From a virus: a DNA stretch of 64,000 nt. The position numbers and the translations under genes are program-made. Positions 15,901 through 24,114 of the stretch are shown piece by piece. Position 1 is the stretch's first letter; the number at the start of each line of letters is the position of its first letter. Below the pieces are notes generated by a model. The model had not been told where the DNA came from, ran no database searches, and saw only the letters and a list, made by a program, of their open reading frames with translations. Location: positions 27,080 to 91,079 of IMG/VR virus record IMGVR_UViG_3300027782_000058; one strand, 5' to 3'.

Positions 15901-18900
15901 TGCCCGAGAACGCAGACATTCCTGACTACCCGTCTTCCATGTACCAGATGGATCAGTCTCCTCTGTCGCCAGAAGAAATTGGCCCGCTGGCGGAAGACGC
16001 CCCGCAGGGGTTCGACAACGACCCGATGCGTCTGGCAACGGAGTACAACTCTGAGACGCTCACTGAGGAACTCACCAATGCTCTGACCGGCGATAACGAG
16101 CGCGACCTAGGCTACGGCTACTTCGGCTACACGGATGAGAATGGCGAGGAGTGGGCGGGCAACATCCCCGCCGAGGCCATCCGTGACGCGCTTCAGTTGC
16201 AGGGTGTCAACACTGATCAGATCGTTCAGGATGCAATTGACAAGACAGCCAAGGCCCCAGAAGGAGTAGAAGTAGACGTACCAGAAAAGCCATCGCGTGA
16301 GCCTTCAGCAGAGCCTCTCACTGATGTCCGGTACAGCGATGCGATCCTGCTGTCCAACCCTGAACTGCAGAACTCCATCGACGCTGCCCTTGAAGATGCC
16401 ATGAACGAGGGCCGCAACATCGGCAGGAACGCCACTCGCTCCTCTGCCAATCGACTCGAAGTCCTGCTGAACGAGCAGGCCATGCGTCGGGCTGGCGCAT
16501 CTCGCGCTGATCGTGTGAAGGCTCAGCGTCTGCTGGAGCAGATTCAGGCCCTGCGTGACACCAACATGCCCGCTGACTTCAGCAAGCCCTCGATGCGTGG
16601 CGGTAAGAAGGATCAGGACAAGGAGAAGAGCCTTGTCGATCAGTTCAACGCCATCCCCGGCGTAAGCCAGCAGCGCTACAGGCTCGACACCCCCAGCAAG
16701 ACCGTCGAGAAGCAGGGTGGCGTACCCAGTCTCTACGCTCCGTCAACAATTGAGGTCGCACCCGGCCTCAACTGGGAGCAGCGCGATAATGGCCGGTCAA
16801 AGGGTGGAAAATTCGGATCCCAGTCTGGAAGCACCTACATCATCTCTGGCTCCCGCGCCAAGGATCTCAATCCTGACGAGATGAAGAAACTCGGATTCTA
16901 CTGGGATGAAAACTCTCAGTCATGGATCAACTACAACGGTGCTGTTGGCAATATGTCCTCCAAGGACAAGAAGAACATCACTGACTCCCTCAGCAAGTCC
17001 GGATTCGATGTCAACCCTGCATTCACCAATGGAGGCTTCATTCCTTCATGGCTCAGGGACTCCGCTGACGTTGTCAACCCGAAGATTGTTGAGACAGTGT
17101 CGGCTCCTAGGCCGCGTCGTCCTTCTCCCCCCGGTCGTCCGATCACGGATGGAAGGCTTCGCGACCTGCTGGAGCAGGCTGACGGTGACCCCAAGAAGTT
17201 CCGTGAACTTCTTGGTAAGGAGAACGTCCACGTCTTCGACTTTGAGACGACCGGCATCCGGTTCGACGAGAACGGGAACATGATCGACTCCGGTGAACCG
17301 TGGGCGATTTCGGTTGCGCGCTACAACCCGGCCACGGGTGAGATGGAGCAGAAGACCTTCTACATGAACCCCGGCCAGTCCATCAAGGACACTTGGGCTG
17401 GCGGGACGAATGAAGACGGCAGTCCTCGCGCCATTGACTCAGATGGAAAACCGCTCACTGACGAGTGGCTCGCACAGCAGCCTTCGCAGGCTGAGGCTCT
17501 GCAGGCCGCTCTTGATTTCATGGGTCAGGATCCGATCCTGTTCGGGCACAACTCAACCTTCGACCACGACACGTTCACCCGCAAGGCGGACGAACTCGGT
17601 CTGGACTACCGCCCGGCTGCCATTGGTGACACGATGAGCCTTTCTCAACTGGTGCATGATGGCGAGCAACTGCCATCGCACTCGCTCGGTTATCTGGCCA
17701 AGCATCACGGGATTCCCAGTCAGGGCACCGCGCACACGGCTGATGCTGACACCCGCACGACTGCTGCGCTGCTCGACAAGTTGCTCACGAAGGCCGAGCG
17801 TGCAGAACTCGGCATGACGCCGGAGAACCTCGACAGGTGGCAGGGTAAGAACGAGGATCGATACAACAAGGCACTGGCTGACTACAACGAGGCCAATGCC
17901 CCACGGGTAGCCACTGAGGCAGTCCTTGAGGCCGCTCAGGATCCGACTGAGGTTCCTTCTCCGGAAGAGACCTCTGCCCGCGTTGACAAGATGATCAAGG
18001 ACATGTCTGGCAACCCTGATGGTGCGCCTAACCCTGAGACAGACATCGTTGATGAATCATCAGATGGAGCCGAACCGCTTCCTAACGGTTACAGCCGTAG
18101 CAATCTGCATGAGTTGGCTCAGTCGGCACTGGATGAGTTTGATCGCAACAGTGATATCAACAGTTACACGCAGTTCACGCCTCAGGAGATCAAGGAGGTT
18201 CAGGACAAGATCGATGCTCTTCGTGAGATGTCCAATGACCCCTCGGTCAGCGACGAGCAGGTAGCCGCTGCACTGGATGACATCGCTGAAGACCTTGATG
18301 CAATGGTCAGCCGTCTCGGTGACCCGAACGACGACCGCACTCCTCTGCGAAACATCGACATTATCGAGAATCTCAACCGAGAGCGGGACTACGTCACCGA
18401 GACCGCAGACATGCTGCGCGCTCGTAACGGCGAGAACAAGCCGGAGCCGGAGTCCGACGACACCACCAACGAGGTGGATGACGCACAGGTCCGCGACCAG
18501 ATGGCTGGGGAGGCTGCCGGAATTCGCAACATCGTCAACGAGACTGGCAGCACTAACGCCGACCTAACTGATGAAGAGCGCCAGAGGTTCTGGGACTATC
18601 AGACTCGCCTTGAGGAGGTCATCGCTCTCGTTCGTGGCAACCGCAAGGACGAGATGGGTGACAGGGATCTGGCAACCTACGTCAACCGTGTGGCAATTGA
18701 CCTGAAGAATGACTTCGGCCCCGGTGGTGAGTTAGAGGATGTCGCGTACTCGCGCGGCATGGACCGCAACAAGGTTGAGAACATTCTTGATCTGGCGGAC
18801 AAGTTGGAAGTGCTCACCAACCGGCTGATGCAGCAAGTCTTGGATCGTGAGGGAAGTAAACCTCCCGCAGTCCGCACGCCTGCCATACCAAAGAGTGGTC

Positions 18901-21900
18901 CCGGCTCGAAGCCTGAGGCACCGACGAAGCCGGAAGACTCTGGACAACTCAAGCCGCTCAAGCCAGCCAACAACCCATCCCGAGATGAACTGATTGACAT
19001 TCGAAGTAATTTTGACAGCCTCATGGCGAACGAGACTGACTCTGAAATTATTACAATGGGATCAGATATTTCAAATGCATTGAACGATGTGCTAGATCTC
19101 ATCGAGGCCGATCCAGATGGCAAGAACCGCGAGACTGGTCGGTCACTGGACGCGCTGGCAGGAGACATTCAAGAGTTGGCAGATGTTGTCGAAGACGACA
19201 GGCTGAAGTCATTTGACGGACTACTAGACAGAATCCGCACTCTTTCACGCGCATATCGTCGTCGTAACCGCGAACAACGTGGGGGTAACGGTACTGCCCG
19301 TAACCGCCGTCAAACTCCCGCAGCGCCTAAGAGCGAGCCGGTTGACACCCCGGAGACGAAGCCGGGACCAGACGCTCCAACTGTCACTAGAAAGGCTCAG
19401 TTTACTAACCCGGACACTGGAGCACGGTCAGAGAACTGGACTCTCAGTAACGGTGACCAAATTATTGCTATTGATTCCGTCACTGGTAGTGGGATTGCCA
19501 CGGTTTACTATCACGATGATGAGCCTGAGGTCAGGCGTTGGGACACTGACAACTTCGCTGAGGCTCTTCAACTGCACCTCGCTGAGCGCAGTGGCAACTC
19601 CTCCTCCGCATCTCGGGAGATCACGCAGCCGAACCCGTCGAACCTCCCACCAGAGGTCAAGGTTGGGAAGACTGGCAAGACTGGTGTTGGTGCCAAGGTT
19701 CCCGACGCTCCCGGCGAGCGTGCGGTCGGCATCACCAACGGAGCCGACCTTCCCAGTGCGCCTCCTCCCCCGAACAGCGATGGGCCGGTAGGCCCGAACG
19801 GGGAGCGGCTGCTTCGTCGTGGCCGGGAGAATCGCAACTTCTGGGATCACCCGATCATGCAGAGTTGGGCGCGTCGTCGATTCCGCAAGCCGCTTGAGGG
19901 TCAGTTCGTCGACCGGAGCCGTGTGCCGATTGCCTACGGAGACCGCGTCGTACACACTAACCCGAAGGCCGCTCGTTCGACTCTTCGTCCAGACGGCACT
20001 CCAATGACAGGTGTTGTCCTCAACCGTCAGGACAATGTTGGTCGCGAGAATGGCCACAACCGTGACCACGTCACGGTTCAGTGGGAGAACGGAACAGTGT
20101 CACACTACGTTTCCCACAACCTGCAGATCGTCGGACTCACTGAGGCTGACACTGAGTGGCGTACCCTCGTGCATCCTGACGAGACTCCTGACACTCCTGA
20201 GTCTGAGCGTATCGACCTACCGGCTGGCTTCGACTGGAACCAGAAGCGTCGAGGAGCAGCGCCATCTGGACGTATGGGACCAAATGGCAGGCTATCTGGA
20301 GAGGGTCGTGGGCAGAACAACATCCCTGTCGAGGCCGGAGACGAGTCCACTCGCTTCGAGCGAGGCGAAGGTGTAGAGGGTCTGATCGCTGACTTCAACG
20401 GCGTACAGATTCAGGTCGGCGACCGCGTCTACCACCGAGGCAAGGTAGGATCACGTCGCGGGCTCACTGGCGGAACAGTGATCGGGAAGAAGTACATCGC
20501 CCGGTACCGCACGATCACGGACGAGAACGGTAACAAGAAGCGAGTCCGTGTCGGCTACGCCTACCAGCCTATCGTCCGCTGGGACAACGACCCCGAGATT
20601 AAGGAGTGGTCGGCCAATCAACTGATCGTCACGACTCCTGATGCTGAATCTCGGAATGTCTCAGATGCGCCGATCCCGACCCTTCGTCGTGAAGGACGCG
20701 GAGCGAGTTCTAAGTGGGTTCCTGACACTGAGGCACCGGACTACAACGCCGATTCGGCTAGTGGGTTCGAGCCGATCCCGGCAAACGGCGGAGGTTCTGG
20801 GGCTCCTTCGACTCCAACCCCCTCCCGCTCTCGCCGAGTCCAGCCCTCCGGAAATCGACCGGGATACGAGTTCGTTGGCTCTAGAGAAGTTCTCTTCATC
20901 GGAACGTCCGAGCAGATCAATCGTCTCATCGATAACTATGCTGTCGATGACCAAGAGGCGGAGTTGTTCCGGTCTGAGATCGTAGACGACACCAACCCCG
21001 ATGGCACGCAGAGTGGTAACGATCAGATTATTCTGTCAATTGACCAAGGCGTCACCAATAGTGGGAAGACACCCAGAGAGTACGTTGAGGGCGTTCTCGA
21101 CGAGACATTCGGTTCTGCCTCTTCAGGCACCAGCCCGACTTCCTCCACACCAAACGCCCCGGAAGCAGATACCTCCACTCCTGACGATGGAATGGTGGTG
21201 CAGCCTAAGGACAAGAACGGTCAGTTGCTCGACCTTGGTGACATTGTCGAAGCCAACAACGGCAAGCGAGGCATGGTTCGAGGCTTCACTCCAGACGGCA
21301 AGGTGCGAGTCAAGTACGAGGATGGCCGTTACGGCAAGTTGAATGCTGACAAACTATCTCGCACTGGCCAAACGACACGCGGTCCTGCTGACCCAACCGG
21401 CGCTGTCGGCGAACCCGTCGAGGGTGAGTTCGGTGAGTGGGGTGCCCGCGCTGAGAAGATCCGTGAGGCCAAGAACCGTGGTCCGGCAGATCTTACTGAT
21501 CTGATTCAGCGAGGTGATGATGCCCTACCTCCGGGCAAGACCCTCAAGGACTTGATGCAGGAGGTCTGGGGCCTTGAGCACAAGTACAAGGACAAGGACG
21601 GCAATGAACGAAGCCTACGGGCCGAGGTCACTGGCGCTCACGTCTCTCGCGGCAGGCAGATCTCGGTCTCGATGAGAATTCTTGATGAGAACGGTCGTGT
21701 GGTTGGGACGATGAGTCGCCAACTCAAGATGGATAATAACGGCAATCTGTCTGTCTACCACGCATATTTTGAGATCACTGACAGCAAGCGTCAGGGCACT
21801 GGCTTTGCAACGGCTATCAACCGCTACGCCGAGGACTTCTACATTGCTCAGGGCGTTCGAGAGATCGGTGTTCAGGCTGCTCTTTCGAACGGTGGTTACA

Positions 21901-22277
21901 CTTGGGCCAAGCAAGGCTTCGAGTGGGACCACCCACACTACGGGACTCCGTGGGCTGACCCTCTGAGGAGGCTGGGAGAGTACGGTCGAAGAGGAAACAT
22001 GTCCCCGGCGCTGAGGAAGGTCTACGATGACCTAATGTGGCGTTTCCGCAACCTAGACCCAAGTGATCCCAACTTCCCGACTCCGCAGGAAATCGTCATG
22101 TTCGGATGGACACCCGGAGCCACTTCTTGGCCCGGAAAGTCGATCCTTGTTGGATCTGGTTGGTATGGCGTCAAGCGTCTCAGGCCCGGTGGTCGCAGGA
22201 CCACTCAGGGCGAGCGCGATAATGGCAAGTGGTGGCATGACCAGATCTTCAGGCGGAACAACCAGAGGAAGGCGTAG
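12912..22277 (+). CDS. 3121-aa large polyvalent protein (DEDDh 3'-5' exonuclease, SH3/KOW-like repeats, C-terminal GNAT-like domain)
   Basis: FDFETTG / GHNSTFD / DTMSLS / AHTADAD (about 17220-17790); QGTGFATAI...AALSNGGYTWAKQGF (about 21750-21930). Confidence 0.85.
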   Translation: MKDNIDGASAKSTARLNARIDALVASANDGTPAQRRVNLGAAREVVRRSLKSTQGRAFSQREHIALTALSHFITLAQRDKSVALYPANTDLLPLGHPRSTASNALTAFALREHRARWFAADHRVLDEHRALVASALAAEYGSMEHFYALSMLEQLNDGSALVALVASFGDGNSRAARSARARRQRRDRFGRFAYQGGGLRSLLRFGDGSVRSLTGSYVKDSDDGESFDVETPDGTLYRIPASKAESVKAVLFDSPDGFSPMPAKYDSSDPIIDVADLVKIDMPSGYIEKSRDKDGSVTYGLANGDDYLIRATPAGNGTTAYEVVRNDGKDTPVGLASNWSDVHKMVVQDGKKANREDAAKARLEGKSGPESDYLDFLPDVNIAAKDEGSEVRRQAQSIMDFFELDELPDGMSAQQLADRTRLNADALKDGSLKGGEDLAQDFYDAADAIERKSGLAKPEKKADLTPAPSTAPAPEAGKWEPSDTRIDLPYKEPIIGPDGNLTGEYKDGTANIVDINGRKVVVVDINGTPVPFYLSSGDGGKKDVEAGKWYPFFGWGMDGWMNKGKSDEINDYYGSPELRAQAEWLDANIGDIRDDKSIPRDSSSQGNLDMWINDHVGLKPASNDTPTTRTEFDANVAEIKRRIEAGNGGSNKEQARLDATPTPESGGTSASPEQIAELRRLMDERNVRDNVPDLADGIEKLIADNTLGKEQADRLISGIRENRDVFPEPDTTPEKAPSKSDDFNAPEGAYALNQTAIDNFEPQGRVDESSTDFTDDPSELAQRFDTDDLTAALEQALIGEDGADGDVQGRGAGNLQFNRGDEWVPAEALYQALDQQDEDARAIANDIYDSARKGQMKEQARLDGAPLPEKATKDETPVSAPEKPAAQSEMKPLKELKKGDVVRLEDGTLRTVSEVYGVRSYNSRTNSFDGSTEVEFTDGSTMRRSNEDARNKPDFEVVSSESESGVNIPENLPSLLEDLSPEDRANYEQTGDYRPYLPENADIPDYPSSMYQMDQSPLSPEEIGPLAEDAPQGFDNDPMRLATEYNSETLTEELTNALTGDNERDLGYGYFGYTDENGEEWAGNIPAEAIRDALQLQGVNTDQIVQDAIDKTAKAPEGVEVDVPEKPSREPSAEPLTDVRYSDAILLSNPELQNSIDAALEDAMNEGRNIGRNATRSSANRLEVLLNEQAMRRAGASRADRVKAQRLLEQIQALRDTNMPADFSKPSMRGGKKDQDKEKSLVDQFNAIPGVSQQRYRLDTPSKTVEKQGGVPSLYAPSTIEVAPGLNWEQRDNGRSKGGKFGSQSGSTYIISGSRAKDLNPDEMKKLGFYWDENSQSWINYNGAVGNMSSKDKKNITDSLSKSGFDVNPAFTNGGFIPSWLRDSADVVNPKIVETVSAPRPRRPSPPGRPITDGRLRDLLEQADGDPKKFRELLGKENVHVFDFETTGIRFDENGNMIDSGEPWAISVARYNPATGEMEQKTFYMNPGQSIKDTWAGGTNEDGSPRAIDSDGKPLTDEWLAQQPSQAEALQAALDFMGQDPILFGHNSTFDHDTFTRKADELGLDYRPAAIGDTMSLSQLVHDGEQLPSHSLGYLAKHHGIPSQGTAHTADADTRTTAALLDKLLTKAERAELGMTPENLDRWQGKNEDRYNKALADYNEANAPRVATEAVLEAAQDPTEVPSPEETSARVDKMIKDMSGNPDGAPNPETDIVDESSDGAEPLPNGYSRSNLHELAQSALDEFDRNSDINSYTQFTPQEIKEVQDKIDALREMSNDPSVSDEQVAAALDDIAEDLDAMVSRLGDPNDDRTPLRNIDIIENLNRERDYVTETADMLRARNGENKPEPESDDTTNEVDDAQVRDQMAGEAAGIRNIVNETGSTNADLTDEERQRFWDYQTRLEEVIALVRGNRKDEMGDRDLATYVNRVAIDLKNDFGPGGELEDVAYSRGMDRNKVENILDLADKLEVLTNRLMQQVLDREGSKPPAVRTPAIPKSGPGSKPEAPTKPEDSGQLKPLKPANNPSRDELIDIRSNFDSLMANETDSEIITMGSDISNALNDVLDLIEADPDGKNRETGRSLDALAGDIQELADVVEDDRLKSFDGLLDRIRTLSRAYRRRNREQRGGNGTARNRRQTPAAPKSEPVDTPETKPGPDAPTVTRKAQFTNPDTGARSENWTLSNGDQIIAIDSVTGSGIATVYYHDDEPEVRRWDTDNFAEALQLHLAERSGNSSSASREITQPNPSNLPPEVKVGKTGKTGVGAKVPDAPGERAVGITNGADLPSAPPPPNSDGPVGPNGERLLRRGRENRNFWDHPIMQSWARRRFRKPLEGQFVDRSRVPIAYGDRVVHTNPKAARSTLRPDGTPMTGVVLNRQDNVGRENGHNRDHVTVQWENGTVSHYVSHNLQIVGLTEADTEWRTLVHPDETPDTPESERIDLPAGFDWNQKRRGAAPSGRMGPNGRLSGEGRGQNNIPVEAGDESTRFERGEGVEGLIADFNGVQIQVGDRVYHRGKVGSRRGLTGGTVIGKKYIARYRTITDENGNKKRVRVGYAYQPIVRWDNDPEIKEWSANQLIVTTPDAESRNVSDAPIPTLRREGRGASSKWVPDTEAPDYNADSASGFEPIPANGGGSGAPSTPTPSRSRRVQPSGNRPGYEFVGSREVLFIGTSEQINRLIDNYAVDDQEAELFRSEIVDDTNPDGTQSGNDQIILSIDQGVTNSGKTPREYVEGVLDETFGSASSGTSPTSSTPNAPEADTSTPDDGMVVQPKDKNGQLLDLGDIVEANNGKRGMVRGFTPDGKVRVKYEDGRYGKLNADKLSRTGQTTRGPADPTGAVGEPVEGEFGEWGARAEKIREAKNRGPADLTDLIQRGDDALPPGKTLKDLMQEVWGLEHKYKDKDGNERSLRAEVTGAHVSRGRQISVSMRILDENGRVVGTMSRQLKMDNNGNLSVYHAYFEITDSKRQGTGFATAINRYAEDFYIAQGVREIGVQAALSNGGYTWAKQGFEWDHPHYGTPWADPLRRLGEYGRRGNMSPALRKVYDDLMWRFRNLDPSDPNFPTPQEIVMFGWTPGATSWPGKSILVGSGWYGVKRLRPGGRRTTQGERDNGKWWHDQIFRRNNQRKA

Positions 22278-22285
22278 GGACTCCG

Positions 22286-23212
22286 ATGAACAGCAAGCAG
22301 CGCTCCGCCAATGCGGCGAAGGTCTATCAGGACTGGATCAAGGCAAATCCGAAGATGGACCCGGACAACCCGACTCCGGAGCAAGAGAACGACTACTTCA
22401 TGCGTCTCTACGAGTCGGATCCTGATGTCGCAGGCAAGGGATGGGCTGATGCCGTATCCAAGATGAGCGAAGAAGAGATCACACAGTATTTGGACGATCA
22501 GGAGAAGGCATCTCCCGAGACAGCAAACTCCTTCCGTGTACAGGCTCTGATGGCGGCTGTAGATGAGTCGACCGACGAACTTGTTGGTCTGGTGCTATTC
22601 GTTCCATCATCTGGAACAAAGGGTCTAGAGACCGAATGGGTTCGTGTCGATGGTGAGTGGGTTCCCGAGAGCGTCAGCCCTCTGGCCGATATGTCAGAAG
22701 ATGATCTGGTCTACTACCCAGTAACGGACGACTACATCTTAATCTATGATGGAGGATCACGGTCCATCGAGGACGCGATGAGCCACAAGACGGAGATCCC
22801 TGAGCCTGTTGCGCCAGTCTCGTCACCCATCACTGCCGCAGCCTTCTCATGCCCGGCTCCCACGCAGGACATCCCTCTCAACCTAGCCAATCGACAGAAG
22901 GCCATTGATGGCGCTGGCTACGGACCGATGAATCCAACACGCCCGAATGAGCAGTTCTGGCAGGCAAAGGCAGACCGTTGGAGCACCACTGTAGAAGAGG
23001 CTAAGTCGTCCAAGTGCGGCAATTGTGCAGCATTCATTATCACTGCTTCTATGAGAGAATGTATCAATCAAGGGCTAGGCGATGACGCGGACTCTTGGAA
23101 CGTGATCAACGCTGGTGATCTCGGATACTGTGAAGCATTCGACTTCAAGTGCGCTTCTGAGCGGACTTGTGACGCATGGATCGTCGGCGGTCCCATTACT
23201 GAGGAGAAGTAG
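22286..23212 (+). CDS. Head-region protein with a C-terminal Cys-rich domain
   Basis: CGNCAAF...GYCEAFDFKCASERTCDAW; middle WVRVDGEW module. Confidence 0.8.
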   Translation: MNSKQRSANAAKVYQDWIKANPKMDPDNPTPEQENDYFMRLYESDPDVAGKGWADAVSKMSEEEITQYLDDQEKASPETANSFRVQALMAAVDESTDELVGLVLFVPSSGTKGLETEWVRVDGEWVPESVSPLADMSEDDLVYYPVTDDYILIYDGGSRSIEDAMSHKTEIPEPVAPVSSPITAAAFSCPAPTQDIPLNLANRQKAIDGAGYGPMNPTRPNEQFWQAKADRWSTTVEEAKSSKCGNCAAFIITASMRECINQGLGDDADSWNVINAGDLGYCEAFDFKCASERTCDAWIVGGPITEEK

Positions 23213-23214
23213 TC

Positions 23215-23535
23215 ATGGAAGAAGAGTTCACCTTCCCGTCGCAACTGTGGGTGCTTCTCGACGAAGACACCCCTACCAGTCTTGTCTTCATGACAGACGC
23301 TGGCGCTTGGGTGCGCGAGGATGGCGAGTGGGTCGAGTTCGTCATCGACGACAAAAACCCCAAGCGTCGCTTCGAGGGAATGCTGATCGCTCCCGTCGAT
23401 CCCCGGATCATCGACCTGTGGGATGCACAGAACGGCGAACTGTCAGACGCTGAGGTCGACCCCTTCGAGTACAAATGGAACCCGCCGTCAGTAGTCGGCA
23501 AGCCTGAAGATGCGGCTACGAAGCCGAGCAACTAA
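23215..23535 (+). CDS. Stand-alone WVREDGEW module protein
   Basis: GAGGAG RBS; similar to the module in the adjacent genes. Confidence 0.75.
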   Translation: MEEEFTFPSQLWVLLDEDTPTSLVFMTDAGAWVREDGEWVEFVIDDKNPKRRFEGMLIAPVDPRIIDLWDAQNGELSDAEVDPFEYKWNPPSVVGKPEDAATKPSN

Positions 23536-23592
23536 AGGAAGCAGCAGCAGTAGGCAGAATACTGAGCAATTATACTTTATTTGGAGCGTAAG

Positions 23593-24054
23593 ATGATGAT
23601 TCCGATGGACGGCCAGATGCATTCAGTACTCGTCGCTGCTCTTCGCCAACTCATGGCAGACACTTCAGCCGTGTACCAGCATGCTCATGGGTTTCACTGG
23701 AATGTCAAAGGTCCAGACTTCAGCCAGTACCACGCGCTCTTCGCTGCAATCTACGAGGACATCTACGGCAGCCTAGACCCGACAGCCGAGTGCCTTCTCA
23801 AGATCGGCGAGGACGCACCCTTCACCGCGAGTGAGTTCGCTGCGCTGTGCTCCATCGATGACATGACAACCACTGACACTCCTCAGTCGATGACTGAGAG
23901 CCTGTACATGCTCAACGAGGCGCTGATCCGATCCACCAAGACCGCGTTCGACGCTGCCATCGGATGCGACAACCAAGGTGTGGCCAACTTCCTCGCCGGT
24001 CGTCTTGACCAACTAGCAAAGTGGTCTTGGCAGTTGCGGGTTTCTGCTTCCTAG
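23593..24054 (+). CDS. dps: Dps / ferritin-like DNA protection protein
   Basis: HGFHWNVKGPDFSQYHALF...D..AE...KWSWQL Dps signature; ATG 23593 after GGAG; -10-like TATACT at 23571. Confidence 0.9.
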   Translation: MMIPMDGQMHSVLVAALRQLMADTSAVYQHAHGFHWNVKGPDFSQYHALFAAIYEDIYGSLDPTAECLLKIGEDAPFTASEFAALCSIDDMTTTDTPQSMTESLYMLNEALIRSTKTAFDAAIGCDNQGVANFLAGRLDQLAKWSWQLRVSAS

Positions 24055-24114
24055 GTTCTAGTACTACGTCAAGTTCGCTAGAATATAGGAACAAACAGTC
24101 AGAATGGAGAGACC

